Below, piece by piece: positions 1 to 10,181 of a DNA stretch of 64,000 bases; the first letter of the stretch is position 1; each line of letters starts with the position of its first letter. The translations under genes were made by a program, and so were the position numbers. The stretch lies in the NCBI GenBank assembly GCA_965267575.1, contig OZ254086.1:4512001-4576000 (forward strand), in the 5' to 3' direction. This stretch comes from Calditrichales bacterium (GTDB lineage: Bacteria; Calditrichota; Calditrichia; Calditrichales; J004). The notes under the pieces were generated by a model. That model saw only the letters and a program-made list of their open reading frames with translations, was not told the origin of the DNA and did not search any database.

Positions 1-513
1 TGGTGGTTTAATCCGTTTCACACCTTTCCGGTGCGCATTTTGGGCCTTCCGATCGGCGAGTGGCTGTTCTTTATTACCGTGCCCTTTGCCTGTCTCTTTA
101 TCTGGTCTATACTGAATAGCTATTACGCCGATGAGCGCTTCTGTTTTACCATTCCCAAATTTTTAATTTTGATCGTGGCCCTGTCAGGCGTAGCTTTTTT
201 TGCGCTTGGCAAAGAATACACTGGAATCGTCCTTGCTGTTTTCGCCTTCACCCTTTGGCTGGATATAAAAAGTGGCTTTTTTCTGCAACGCCGGAAACTG
301 TTTCTCATCTTACTGGCAATCGTTGCAGGACTGATTCTAATATTCAATGGTTTTCTTACTGCCCGCCCCGTTGTGTTGTATGGTATCCAGTATCAGCTGG
401 ACTGGCGCATTTACACTATCCCCGTAGAAGATTTCCTGTATGGAATCTCGCATATTTTTTTAACCGTACTGGCTTTTGAGTGGCTAAAGAAGGGGGACAA
501 AAATGCAGCGTAG
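1..513 (+). CDS. Lycopene cyclase domain membrane protein (CrtYc/d-like), 5'-truncated by window edge
   Basis: Frame is open from base 1 (WWFNPF...ILGLPIGEWLFF). A second IPVEDFLY motif matches duplicated lycopene cyclase domains. First gene of the carotenoid operon. Confidence 0.8.
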   Translation, partial: WWFNPFHTFPVRILGLPIGEWLFFITVPFACLFIWSILNSYYADERFCFTIPKFLILIVALSGVAFFALGKEYTGIVLAVFAFTLWLDIKSGFFLQRRKLFLILLAIVAGLILIFNGFLTARPVVLYGIQYQLDWRIYTIPVEDFLYGISHIFLTVLAFEWLKKGDKNAA

Positions 514-2005
514 TGTTGCCGTAATCGGTGCGGGATTAGGCGGATTATCTGCGGCCATACGTTTGGCAGCCCGGGGATATAGTGTTACCGTTTTTGAAAA
601 GAATGACATGCCCGGTGGTAAGATGGGCCAGGTTCAGCTTGGCGGGTTTCGCTTTGACAGCGGGCCTTCCGTACTTACCATGCCTTTTGTACTGAAAGAC
701 CTGTTTGCCGAGGCCGGGCTGGATTACAAAGACCATGTAAACCTCATAAAGCCCAATCCTTCCTGCCGTTACTATTTTGCGGACAACAGCTCTTTGGACG
801 TTCCCGCACGACCAACGCAAATCGCCGGCATATTCGAAACATTTTCCAGCGGAAGCGGCCGGGATGTTGAGCGTTTTCTCACCTACAGCGCCGACCTATA
901 TAAAAAAACGGCCGACATGTTTCTGTTTAAAGCGATCCATGAAAGAAACAGGCTGGCCTCGCTGCCGGTACTTAAAAGTCTGCCCGCGCTGGCCCGGATC
1001 GATGCTTTTTCCAGTGTCCACAAAAAGCTGACCACCTTCTTCAACGATCAAAGGCTGCAGCAGCTTTTTGGACGCTATACAACTTATAACGGCAGCGATC
1101 CTTATCAGGCACCGGCCACTCTTAATGTTATCCCTTACGTGGAATTGGTTATGGGCGCCTGGTATATCAAGGGCGGTATGTACAGACTGGCCAAAGCGCT
1201 GGAAAAAGCAGCTTACCGTCTGGGAGTGGCTTTCCACTATAACAGCAATGTAGAGAAGATCCTGCATCACAATAACCGCATCCACGGGCTGCAGGCAGAT
1301 GGTGAAAAATTCGCCTTTGACGCAGTGGTCTGTAACGCCGATGTAGGCGATGCGGCCCGGCATCTGCTGGACGACCAACCGTCTTTCCGCAAAAAAATCG
1401 ACAAGATGGAGCCCAGTTTATCCGGATTGGTGTTTTTGTGGGGCATAAAAAAGCAGCATGCCGAGTTAACACACCACAATATATTTTTCAGCGCGGATTA
1501 CAAAAAAGAATTCCGCCGGTTGTTCAGGGATAAAACAATGCCAACTGACCCGACAATCTACATCGCCATAACGTCAAAGTCAGATCCGGATGACGCGCCG
1601 GTCGGCAACGAAAACTGGTTTACCATGGTGAATGCACCTTACATAAACAAAAAGTTCGATGGCCACAGCAGTGAAGCCATCCGGCAAACGGTATTGGAAA
1701 AGCTGAAGCGTCACGGCCTGAACGTGGAGCGTGATATTGTGCGCGAAGCGGTGCTGACACCGGCCATGTTCAAAGAAAAATTCGGCGCAAACGCCGGGAG
1801 TATTTACGGTTTTTCATCCAATAGCCGGTACAGCGCTTTTATGCGCCCGGCCAATCGCTATAAAAAAATAAAAGGCCTTTACTTTGCGGGAGGCTCGGCC
1901 CACCCCGGTGGCGGTATTCCTCTCGTACTGTTAAGCGGCAAACACGCGGCGGACCTGCTGTGCGAAAAACAGCCCTTGTCCAAAAAAGCCGCAGCACAAG
2001 TTTAA
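503..2005 (+). CDS. crtD: Phytoene desaturase family protein, probably 1-hydroxycarotenoid 3,4-desaturase (CrtD-like)
   Basis: GAGLGGL FAD motif, FDSGPS, RYTTYNGSDPYQAPATL segment and C-terminal GGSAHPGGGIP. A second CrtI paralog is adjacent and a hydratase is in the operon. Confidence 0.65.
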   Translation: MQRSVAVIGAGLGGLSAAIRLAARGYSVTVFEKNDMPGGKMGQVQLGGFRFDSGPSVLTMPFVLKDLFAEAGLDYKDHVNLIKPNPSCRYYFADNSSLDVPARPTQIAGIFETFSSGSGRDVERFLTYSADLYKKTADMFLFKAIHERNRLASLPVLKSLPALARIDAFSSVHKKLTTFFNDQRLQQLFGRYTTYNGSDPYQAPATLNVIPYVELVMGAWYIKGGMYRLAKALEKAAYRLGVAFHYNSNVEKILHHNNRIHGLQADGEKFAFDAVVCNADVGDAARHLLDDQPSFRKKIDKMEPSLSGLVFLWGIKKQHAELTHHNIFFSADYKKEFRRLFRDKTMPTDPTIYIAITSKSDPDDAPVGNENWFTMVNAPYINKKFDGHSSEAIRQTVLEKLKRHGLNVERDIVREAVLTPAMFKEKFGANAGSIYGFSSNSRYSAFMRPANRYKKIKGLYFAGGSAHPGGGIPLVLLSGKHAADLLCEKQPLSKKAAAQV

Positions 2006-2026
2006 AAATCTATCAGGAGAAATAAG

Positions 2027-3556
2027 ATGAGCAAATATCAGGAAAAAATGCGCGCCGTTGTTATCGGCTCCGGTTTTGGGGGATTGTCCTCCGCTATTCG
2101 TCTGCAGGCAAAAGGCTTTCAGGTAACGCTTCTGGAAAAGCGTGAAAAGCTGGGCGGCCGCGCCTATCAGCTTAAGAAAAACGGCTACACGTTCGACATG
2201 GGCCCCTCCCTGGTGACCGCGCCGGAAATCATTAGCCGCGTGTTTGAAGCCGCCGGCAGAAACATGCATGACTATCTTGATATGGTACGCCTGGAGCCGG
2301 CTTACCGTATTTACTTCCATGATGGAACCTACATTGATTACGGCAGCGACAGCGAAGAGATGAAACAGCAGATGGCCAAATTCAATCAGAAAGACGCGGA
2401 CAATTACGATCGTTTCATCAGCCAGAGCAGCCGCTTTTACGAGGCGGTGATCAACGAGGGTCTGGGCTCCATGCCTTTCGCGGATATGCAGACGATGTTC
2501 CGCTTTCTGCCCAAGGCAATGAAGCTGAACGCGCTGTGGCCGGCCTATAATTATGTGTCGCGTTACTTCGAGGATTTCCGTCACCGCTTCACATTTTCGT
2601 TCCATCCGCTGTTTATCGGCGGCAATCCCTTCCGTTCGCCGTCGCTGTACCTGATGATCCCCTACCTGGAGAAGACGGGCGGCGTCTGGTTTACCACCGG
2701 CGGTATGTACAGCGTGGTGGAAGCCTTTGCCAGCGTGTTCAGTGAAATTGGCGGACAGGTGGTAACGGAAGCCGAGGTGACCGGCATCGACGTTCAAAAC
2801 GGAAAGGCGGTAGGGGTTTCCACCGCTGATGCGTATTACCCGGCAGATATCGTGGTTTCCAACGCGGATTTCCGCCACACATACCACGATCTGGTTGATA
2901 AAAAAGACCGCAAAAAGTGGAATGACAACAAACTGGAAAAACTGGATTACTCGATGAGCGCCTTTCTGCTGTACATCGGAACACGCCGGCAATACCCGCA
3001 GCTTTTGCATCACACGCTCATTTTGTCCGAGCGTTACAAGGGCCTTGTGGATGACATTTTCGACAACAAGGTGCTGCCGGATGATTTTTCGATGTACCTA
3101 CACGCGCCGACCCGCACGGATGCCGGTATGGCGCCGGAAGGCTGCGAGAGCATGTACGTGTTGATACCGGTCGCCAACATGAAGGCGGATATTGACTGGG
3201 ATGCGATCAAGCAGAAATACACCGACAAAATCATCGATTTCCTGGAGCACGACTTTGGCATGGAGAACCTGCGTGAAAACATCGATGTGCTGGAAATTTT
3301 TACACCGAAAGATTTCCTGACCACGCAAAACGCGCACCTGGGAAGCGCCTGGGGCGTGGAGCCGAAGCTGATGCAAACCGCTTACTTCCGTCCGCACAAC
3401 CGCAGCGAGGATATCCCCAATATGTACCTCGTGGGCGCTAGCACACATCCCGGCGCGGGAGTACCGGGCGTATTGCTGACGGCTGAAGCGACCGAAAGGG
3501 CAATCATGGAAGATTACAAGCTCCCCGAAGCGGCACTGACAACGCAGTCCGCCTAA
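2027..3556 (+). CDS. crtI: Phytoene desaturase
   Basis: GSGFGGL, FDMGPS, FHPLFIGGNPF, FRPHNRSE and GASTHPGAGVPG motifs; SD AGGAG upstream. Confidence 0.92.
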   Translation: MSKYQEKMRAVVIGSGFGGLSSAIRLQAKGFQVTLLEKREKLGGRAYQLKKNGYTFDMGPSLVTAPEIISRVFEAAGRNMHDYLDMVRLEPAYRIYFHDGTYIDYGSDSEEMKQQMAKFNQKDADNYDRFISQSSRFYEAVINEGLGSMPFADMQTMFRFLPKAMKLNALWPAYNYVSRYFEDFRHRFTFSFHPLFIGGNPFRSPSLYLMIPYLEKTGGVWFTTGGMYSVVEAFASVFSEIGGQVVTEAEVTGIDVQNGKAVGVSTADAYYPADIVVSNADFRHTYHDLVDKKDRKKWNDNKLEKLDYSMSAFLLYIGTRRQYPQLLHHTLILSERYKGLVDDIFDNKVLPDDFSMYLHAPTRTDAGMAPEGCESMYVLIPVANMKADIDWDAIKQKYTDKIIDFLEHDFGMENLRENIDVLEIFTPKDFLTTQNAHLGSAWGVEPKLMQTAYFRPHNRSEDIPNMYLVGASTHPGAGVPGVLLTAEATERAIMEDYKLPEAALTTQSA

Positions 3557-3583
3557 ACGTAGAAAACTTAAGGAGGTCTAAAA

Positions 3584-4510
3584 ATGATATCTTCCGTCCC
3601 CAAATCGATGCAGGTGGCTTTTAAGTTTGCCCGTGAGCAGACAGCGCACTATTCGAAAAGCTTTTTTCTCTCTTCCCAGATGCTGCCAAAAGAGCGGCGC
3701 TGGGCAACCTACGCCCTGTACAGTTTTTGCCGCTACGCGGACAACCTGATCGACAACCCGCGCGAGCGCAGTGCCGAAGAACTTATCACCGAAGTGAACG
3801 GCGTGGCCGATGAATTGCGCATTGCCTACAAGTGCGGCGAATCGGAACATCCCATTCTGAAGCCGTACATGGCCGTGGCAATGAAATACGACATTCCCAT
3901 CGAGTACGCGCTGGACCTGCTGGAAGGCGTGAAGATGGATGTGAACCGCAACCGCTATGAAACGTGGGACGACCTCTATGTTTTTTGCTATCGCGTGGCC
4001 GGCGTTGTAGGATTAATGATGACGCATGTGCTTGGCTATAAATCCAGGGAGGCATTCCAATATGCCGAAAAGCTGGGCATTGCCATGCAGATGACCAACA
4101 TCCTGAGAGACGTGAAGGAAGACGCGCATCGCGGGCGCATCTATCTGCCGCTGGATGAAATGGCCCGTTTTGGCGTGAGCGAATCGGACATTTTAAGCCT
4201 GAGGATGACGCCGCAAATGGAAGAGCTGATGCGTTTCCAGGTGGAGCGCGCGCAGAATTATTACCGTGAAGCCAATCCCGGCATTTCACTGTTGTCGCGC
4301 AAATCGCAGTTTGCCATTTATTCGGCAAGCAAAATCTACGGCGGCATCCTGAATAAGATCGAGCATAACAGTTTCGATCCGTTCAAGGGCCGTGTGTATG
4401 TTAAACAAAGCCACAAGTTTGGTATATTGTTACAGGAATTGTTAAAAACGCGCGTGGCTCCTATCTTCCAACCGGAGATGGCCTCGTCACCGCAACTGGC
4501 TAATCAATGA
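3584..4510 (+). CDS. crtB: Phytoene synthase
   Basis: SKSF, YSFCRYADNLID, YCYRVAG-like FCYRVAGVVG and MQMTNILRDVKED...GRIYLP motifs; SD AGGAGG. Confidence 0.93.
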   Translation: MISSVPKSMQVAFKFAREQTAHYSKSFFLSSQMLPKERRWATYALYSFCRYADNLIDNPRERSAEELITEVNGVADELRIAYKCGESEHPILKPYMAVAMKYDIPIEYALDLLEGVKMDVNRNRYETWDDLYVFCYRVAGVVGLMMTHVLGYKSREAFQYAEKLGIAMQMTNILRDVKEDAHRGRIYLPLDEMARFGVSESDILSLRMTPQMEELMRFQVERAQNYYREANPGISLLSRKSQFAIYSASKIYGGILNKIEHNSFDPFKGRVYVKQSHKFGILLQELLKTRVAPIFQPEMASSPQLANQ

Positions 4511-5166
4511 TCGAAGCACAACACAAAGCATGGGCGCACCTGATATTTAAACCCTATATCCGTCACCTGACGGCAAAGCACTTTAGCGCCCTGCATCGTG
4601 TTGGCGATTGGCCCGAAATTAAAAACAACGATCAACTCATACTTTTGCCGAACCACAGTACCTGGTGGGACGGCTTTTTTGTTTATTTACTGAATGAATC
4701 ATTGTGGCAGCGCCGCCTGTACCTGATGATGTTGCAGGAACAACTGCAGCGCTTTCGGTTTTTCAGCAAGGTGGGCGCCTTTGGCATAGATCGCACAAGC
4801 ACCGCTGAAGTAAAAAAGGCTTTGCGTTACAGCGTGGATCGCGCCTCCGGCAGCGGCAATATGCTGTGTCTTTTTCCGCAGGGCGAGCTGCGGCCATACG
4901 GCATCCGGCCCATTGAATACGGCCGTGGCGTGGAATTTATATTGAAGCAATTACCGCAGGCCCGTGTTTTACTGCTGGGCATCCGCGCCGAATTTCTGCA
5001 GGAGCAGCGTGCCGCCGTTTACATGATGGCCGAGGAGGCACAAAGCGCTGACATAAAGGAGCTTTCCTGCCGTCACACGCGGCTGCTGGAAAAGCTGGAC
5101 GAAAGCATCGTAAGCGGCGCCCCGGTTGACACTTTTTTTAAAGGCAAACAATCCCTGAGCGCATGA
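4507..5166 (+). CDS. PlsC-fold acyltransferase (carotenoid glycoside acyltransferase, CruD-like)
   Basis: PNHSTWWDGF (HX4D) and FPQG motifs; overlaps crtB (ATGA) and the downstream glycosyltransferase. Confidence 0.8.
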   Translation: MIEAQHKAWAHLIFKPYIRHLTAKHFSALHRVGDWPEIKNNDQLILLPNHSTWWDGFFVYLLNESLWQRRLYLMMLQEQLQRFRFFSKVGAFGIDRTSTAEVKKALRYSVDRASGSGNMLCLFPQGELRPYGIRPIEYGRGVEFILKQLPQARVLLLGIRAEFLQEQRAAVYMMAEEAQSADIKELSCRHTRLLEKLDESIVSGAPVDTFFKGKQSLSA

Positions 5167-6302
5167 TGATATTAACGATTCTGATAATCCTGTCCGCCAT
5201 TTGCGGGGCTGTACTTCTGGCCATTGCCCTGTTCAACGTGGCCTTTGGACCGCACCTGCGCAAAAAGCACACGCCGGCCGAAAAGCCGCTTGTTTCCGTG
5301 CTGATCCCCGCACGAAACGAAGAGCGCAACATCGCCGCCTGCCTGAACAGCATCCTGGCCCAGGATTATCCCAATTTTGAAGTGATTGTGCTGGACGATC
5401 AGTCAACCGACACCACTGCTTTTGTGGTGCGCAACTTTATGCGCAAGCACGACAACCTGCGTCTGCTCCAGGGACGTGTATTGCCGAACGGCTGGCTGGG
5501 GAAAAACTGGGCCTGCCGCCAGCTGGCGCAATATGCCTCGGGCGATATTTTCGTTTTTGCCGATGCCGACACGCAGCACGATCCGCAGGCGCTGAGCCGC
5601 ACCGTCGGTTATATGCAGCGTTTTAAACTGCAGGCGCTGTCCAGCTTTTCACAGCAGCGCACCTACACCTTCGCTGAAAAACTGTTTGTGCCGCTGGTTG
5701 ATTTTATACTCTACTCGCTGCTGGTGCTGTGGAGCGTGCCGCTGACAAAATCGCCGCTGTTCTCCGCCGCCAACGGCCAGTGGATCGCGTTTACAAAAGA
5801 GGGCTACCGCAGGCTGGGCGGCCACGAAGCCGTCAAAGACCAGATCGTCGAAGATGTGGAGCTTTTCCGGGCGGCCAAAAAAAGCGGACTTAAGGTGATG
5901 ACCACATCGGGAAGCGGGATGATCTACTGCCGCATGTACCAAAGCTGGAACGAGATATGGAACGGCATGAGCAAGTTTATGTTTGGCCTGAGCGGCAACC
6001 GCGACCTGCCCTTTTTTATGGTGCTGGCGCTGTTTTTTGTGAGCGTGCTGCTGCCCTGGTTATTGCTGTTCTGGGTTCCGCAAACCGCGCTGCTGCTTAT
6101 TGCCGGGCAGATGCTGTTGCGCGGCGCCCTGGCTCTGGCTTTCGGCCACCCCTTCTGGATCAGCGTTCTGGGTCACCCTTTTGCCGTCGCCGGGCTTATT
6201 GCGATCGCTTTAAACAGTTACATAAAAACACGACACGGCGGACTGACCTGGAAAGACCGTCCGTTGGTCGTCAATACAATCAAAAAAGAGAAACTTACAT
6301 AA
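5163..6302 (+). CDS. GT2 glycosyltransferase (carotenoid glycosyltransferase, CruC-like)
   Basis: VSVLIPARNEE, DDQSTD, LPNGWLGKNWAC, DAD and VEDV motifs; N- and C-terminal TM segments. Confidence 0.85.
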   Translation: MMILTILIILSAICGAVLLAIALFNVAFGPHLRKKHTPAEKPLVSVLIPARNEERNIAACLNSILAQDYPNFEVIVLDDQSTDTTAFVVRNFMRKHDNLRLLQGRVLPNGWLGKNWACRQLAQYASGDIFVFADADTQHDPQALSRTVGYMQRFKLQALSSFSQQRTYTFAEKLFVPLVDFILYSLLVLWSVPLTKSPLFSAANGQWIAFTKEGYRRLGGHEAVKDQIVEDVELFRAAKKSGLKVMTTSGSGMIYCRMYQSWNEIWNGMSKFMFGLSGNRDLPFFMVLALFFVSVLLPWLLLFWVPQTALLLIAGQMLLRGALALAFGHPFWISVLGHPFAVAGLIAIALNSYIKTRHGGLTWKDRPLVVNTIKKEKLT

Positions 6303-6304
6303 CG

Positions 6305-8653
6305 ATGTACAGCAAACTATTTTCAAAGCTTCTTTTAGCAGTATCGATTCTGTTAATGGCCGGCGGCGCGTTTGGCGCGGAAGGCGTGATCGAAGGGCGG
6401 GTTATAGATGCCAGCACCAAGGAGCCGCTGCCCGGAGCCAACGTGGTGATTGCCGGAACGACCATTGGCGATGCCACCGATGAAACCGGCTATTTCCGCA
6501 TCGAAAACGTACCCGCCGGAACACAGCGCCTGCAGGTCTTCTTTGTGGGCTACAAGGAGAAGATCATCAGCGATGTGCTGGTGACAGCCGCCAAAACCAT
6601 GGTGATGGACATAACGCTGCAGCCGCAGGCCTTTGAAGGCGAAGAGATCGTCGTCTCGGCCGGCTACTTTGGAAACGAGGAGAGCAAGCCGCGCCCCAGC
6701 CTGTTGAGCCTCAGCCGCGAAGAGATCCGCCGTTTCCCCGGTGGTTTTGAAGATGTGGTACGCACGGTTTCCACTTTGCCCGGTGTGGCCATTAATACCG
6801 CCGGCGGCCGCAATGACCTCCTTGTGCGCGGTGGCGGCCCCTCGGAAAACCTCTACATCGTCAACAACATCGCCGTGCCCAACATCAATCATTTTGGCAC
6901 GCAGGGTACAAGCAGCGGCTCGCTCAGTTTTATCAATCTCGATTTTGTGCAGAACGTTGATTTTTCCACGGGAGGTTTCCCGGCGCGCTACGGTGACAAG
7001 ATGTCTTCCGTGCTGACGCTGGAACTGGCCGAGGGCCGCAGCGACCGTTTTGGCGGCAAGGCGCTGGTTTCGGCCACGCAGTTTGGCCTTAACCTGGAAG
7101 GACCCATGGTGGGCGACGGCAGCTTCATTTTCTCCGCGCGCCAAAGTTACCTGGACCTGATCTTTAAAGCGGCGGGGCTGCCCTTTATCCCCACTTACAC
7201 CGATTTCAATTTCCTGGGCACCTGGCGCATGGAAAACGGCGACAAGCTGACCGTGCTGGGGCTGGCCGCGCTGGACCGTGTGGAGCGTGACCAGAGCAGC
7301 CTGGAAAACCGCACCACCAACGCCGGCATCCTTGATAACACGCAAAACCAGCTCATCAGCGGCATCGATTACAGGCACCTCTATAAAAGCGGCTACTTCG
7401 ACCTGACGATGAACCTGAACGCCAACCAGTACCGTTTCGAGCAGGTGGATGAAAACGAAGAGACCTGGTTTGAAAGCGAAGCCGACGAATACGAAGTAGG
7501 TCTGAAGCTACAGAACTATTACGCCATCGACCGCCGCCTGGGCTTGTACAGCGGCGTGGTTTATAAAAACGTCTCCTACAGCAACGAAATCTTTTTTGCC
7601 GACACCGTCTATGACCGCAGCGGCAACCGTGTTCCGCGCAGCAGCATCGGCGCCCCGGGCATCACCAACGTGGATGTTTCCAGCGCCAAGTACGCCGCTT
7701 TCCTGGAAACCGAGTGGCAGCCTTACTCCGGCGTGGTGATCAACGGCGGGCTGCGCGCCGACTACTTCGAATTCCTCGATGAACCGACCTACATCGCGCC
7801 GCGGCTTTCGGCCAAATGGAACCTGACTTCCAAGTGGGCGGTCAGCGCCAGCGCCGGCATCTACTACCAGTCGCCCTCCTACGTCTGGGTGAGCAACCCG
7901 GCCAACCGCGACCTGAAGGCGCTGCAAAATCAAATGGCCGTACTGGGCCTCAGCTACCTGTGGCGTGAAGACACCCGCGTCACCCTGGAAACCTTCTACA
8001 AGCAGTACAGCGATCTGCCCACGGGCACCATACCCGGCGTGAGCGACTACCTGGTGATCACCAACACCGGCACGGGCTTTGGCGGGCGCGAAGATGACTT
8101 CCAGAGCTTTGGCTACTTCCCGCTTGTGAGCGAGGGCAGTGGCCGCGCCTGGGGCTGGGAGTTCCTGCTGCAGAAGCGCGCCTCGGAGATACCGCTTTAC
8201 GGCCAATTCAGCTTCAGTTGGGGCAAGGCCCTGTTCGAAGCCGGCAACGGACGCGAGTACCCGGGCCAATACGATCAGCGCTACATAATGAACCTGGCCG
8301 GCGGCTACATTTTTAGCCCCAAATGGGAAACCAGCGCCAAGCTGCGCGTCTTCAGCGGGATTCCTTACACGCCGGTCTACAGGCCTTCGGAAAACCCGGT
8401 AACGGTGGGCGAAATCCAGAACCTGCCGGAGGAATATTTGTCGGAGCGGCTGGATGCTTCGTGGACGCTGGACCTGCGCGTGGACCGCACTTTTTTGTTT
8501 GAGCGTTACACCATCATCGCCTTTATCGATATCCAGAATGTGTTTGACGTGAAGGTGCCGCAGCGGCCCAATTACGATTTTTTTGAAGACGAGATCACGA
8601 CAACATCGTCGATTGGCGTCTTGCCGTCAATCGGTATAAGTTTTGAGTTTTAA
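6305..8653 (+). CDS. TonB-dependent receptor (CarboxypepD_reg-like N-domain, plug and beta-barrel)
   Basis: Signal peptide MYSKLFSKLLLAVS..., GRVIDASTKEPLPGANV, plug VRGGGPSENL...GGFPARYGD and terminal aromatic FEF. ATG 6305 lies 2 nt after the GT2 stop. Confidence 0.9.
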   Translation: MYSKLFSKLLLAVSILLMAGGAFGAEGVIEGRVIDASTKEPLPGANVVIAGTTIGDATDETGYFRIENVPAGTQRLQVFFVGYKEKIISDVLVTAAKTMVMDITLQPQAFEGEEIVVSAGYFGNEESKPRPSLLSLSREEIRRFPGGFEDVVRTVSTLPGVAINTAGGRNDLLVRGGGPSENLYIVNNIAVPNINHFGTQGTSSGSLSFINLDFVQNVDFSTGGFPARYGDKMSSVLTLELAEGRSDRFGGKALVSATQFGLNLEGPMVGDGSFIFSARQSYLDLIFKAAGLPFIPTYTDFNFLGTWRMENGDKLTVLGLAALDRVERDQSSLENRTTNAGILDNTQNQLISGIDYRHLYKSGYFDLTMNLNANQYRFEQVDENEETWFESEADEYEVGLKLQNYYAIDRRLGLYSGVVYKNVSYSNEIFFADTVYDRSGNRVPRSSIGAPGITNVDVSSAKYAAFLETEWQPYSGVVINGGLRADYFEFLDEPTYIAPRLSAKWNLTSKWAVSASAGIYYQSPSYVWVSNPANRDLKALQNQMAVLGLSYLWREDTRVTLETFYKQYSDLPTGTIPGVSDYLVITNTGTGFGGREDDFQSFGYFPLVSEGSGRAWGWEFLLQKRASEIPLYGQFSFSWGKALFEAGNGREYPGQYDQRYIMNLAGGYIFSPKWETSAKLRVFSGIPYTPVYRPSENPVTVGEIQNLPEEYLSERLDASWTLDLRVDRTFLFERYTIIAFIDIQNVFDVKVPQRPNYDFFEDEITTTSSIGVLPSIGISFEF

Positions 8654-9363
8654 TGATGAACGGGAGTATTTCCATTAAACGATCGCTTAGTCCCACAACG
8701 CTAAAACGGACGGTACTTTATATTGTGCTGCTCGGTGGCGGGCTGTGGCACATCCTGGGCTATTTCCAGACCATCATGAACAGCGCCGCCGGTCCGCTGA
8801 TGGCTGTGCTGGCGTTGTGGCTGCTGTATGAGCAAAGCCTGCTCGCGGGCTGGTCGGCGACAGCCCTAAAGCGCCTGGCTGTCTGGGCGGTCATCGTTTT
8901 CAGCGGCTCGCTGCTGGTGGAGCATTGGGGCGTGGCCACGGGCCTGATCTTTGGAACCTACAGCTACGGCGCCGGGCTGGGCGCGCGCGTGGGGCATGTA
9001 CCCTGGGCCATCGGCTTTGCCTGGATCAACATGCTGCTGGCATCGGCGGCCATGACGCAGCGTTTTTTCCCGGGAGCATTCCGCGCTATCCTTGCCGGCG
9101 CGCTGATCGTGGCCGGTTTTATGACGCTGTTTGACCTGTTTATGGAACCGGCGGCCATGGCGCTGGATTACTGGCAATGGGAGAACGGCATCATACCGCT
9201 GCAGAATTACGCGGCCTGGTTTGTGCTGGGTTTTATCTTTGCCCTGGCCGCCATGAAGCTGAAGATCTGGCAAAACGGTGCATCCGCCTTTGGCCTGCAC
9301 GCCTACATCGCCCAACTGCTCTATTTTTTGATGGTAAGCGCGGGAGGCTGGTTTGCAGTATAA
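8653..9363 (+). CDS. cruF: Carotenoid biosynthesis membrane protein (CruF-like 1,2-hydratase)
   Basis: E-x-x-GV-x-TGLIFGTYSY, VPWAIGFAW, D-x-x-MEP, YWQW and IPLQNYAAW motifs; TAATG overlap with the receptor gene. Confidence 0.8.
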   Translation: MMNGSISIKRSLSPTTLKRTVLYIVLLGGGLWHILGYFQTIMNSAAGPLMAVLALWLLYEQSLLAGWSATALKRLAVWAVIVFSGSLLVEHWGVATGLIFGTYSYGAGLGARVGHVPWAIGFAWINMLLASAAMTQRFFPGAFRAILAGALIVAGFMTLFDLFMEPAAMALDYWQWENGIIPLQNYAAWFVLGFIFALAAMKLKIWQNGASAFGLHAYIAQLLYFLMVSAGGWFAV

Positions 9364-10075
9364 GCCGACGGCACAAGACGGCTACCGTGGCATAACCGCC
9401 GCGCTGATTATCCTGCTGCTTTGGTCCGGCTCGCTGTTTTTCTGGCTGAGTCGTCCGGCGGATGGAATCGGCTGGTGGAGCGCCCTTGTTTTAATCGGAC
9501 ACACCTTCTTATATACCGGCCTGTTCATCACCGCCCACGATGCCATGCACGGCGTGGTCTTCCCGCAGAATAAAAAGATCAACAATGCCATCGGTTCGTT
9601 GGCGGTGTGGCTCTATGCCCTGTTCTCCTTTAAAAAGCTGCACAAAAAACACTGGGCCCACCACGATCATCCCGCGTCGCAGGACGACCCCGATTTCCAC
9701 GACGGCGAGCATAAAGGTTTTTGGGCCTGGTACCTGCATTTCCTGCTGGGTTATGTGAGCTGGCCGCAACTTTTGGGCATGGCCGTCATCTTTAACGCGC
9801 TTGAACACCTGGCCGGCGTGCCGCTGAGCCACCTGCTGCTCTACTGGCTGATCCCCAACCTGCTGAGCACGCTGCAGTTGTTTTATTTTGGCACCTACCT
9901 GCCGCACCGCGAAGAAGAGGCCGGTTACCGTGATGCCCACAACGCCCGCAGCAACGCCTACCCCGTTTGGCTCTCCTTCCTTACCTGCTACCATTTTGGC
10001 TACCACTGGGAGCACCACCAATTCCCCTGGGTCCCCTGGTGGAAACTGCCGGCTGTTCGGCGGGAAGTGGGCTAA
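9353..10075 (+). CDS. crtW: Beta-carotene ketolase
   Basis: His boxes TGLFITAHDAMHG, HWAHH, FYFGTYLPHR and CYHFGYHWEHH...PWWKLP. Confidence 0.9.
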   Translation: MQYKPTAQDGYRGITAALIILLLWSGSLFFWLSRPADGIGWWSALVLIGHTFLYTGLFITAHDAMHGVVFPQNKKINNAIGSLAVWLYALFSFKKLHKKHWAHHDHPASQDDPDFHDGEHKGFWAWYLHFLLGYVSWPQLLGMAVIFNALEHLAGVPLSHLLLYWLIPNLLSTLQLFYFGTYLPHREEEAGYRDAHNARSNAYPVWLSFLTCYHFGYHWEHHQFPWVPWWKLPAVRREVG

Positions 10076-10181
10076 GCCACGATTCTGCTAAATACCTTTT
10101 CTGAAACCGTATTACGTTATATATTTATTAGAAAGAAATTGCCGTTTACGCAGAGCACCCCCTTTACTATAAAGGTATACT

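Noticed and set aside
5957..6304. N-terminal extension of the TonB-dependent receptor ORF
   Set aside because: It overlaps the GT2 gene, and the signal peptide begins at ATG 6305.
1931..8269. Long antisense ORFs (1931-3013, 6353-7378, 7508-8269) and others such as 35684-36457 and 43453-44205
   Set aside because: These are shadow ORFs opposite well-supported GC-rich genes, with no recognisable motifs.
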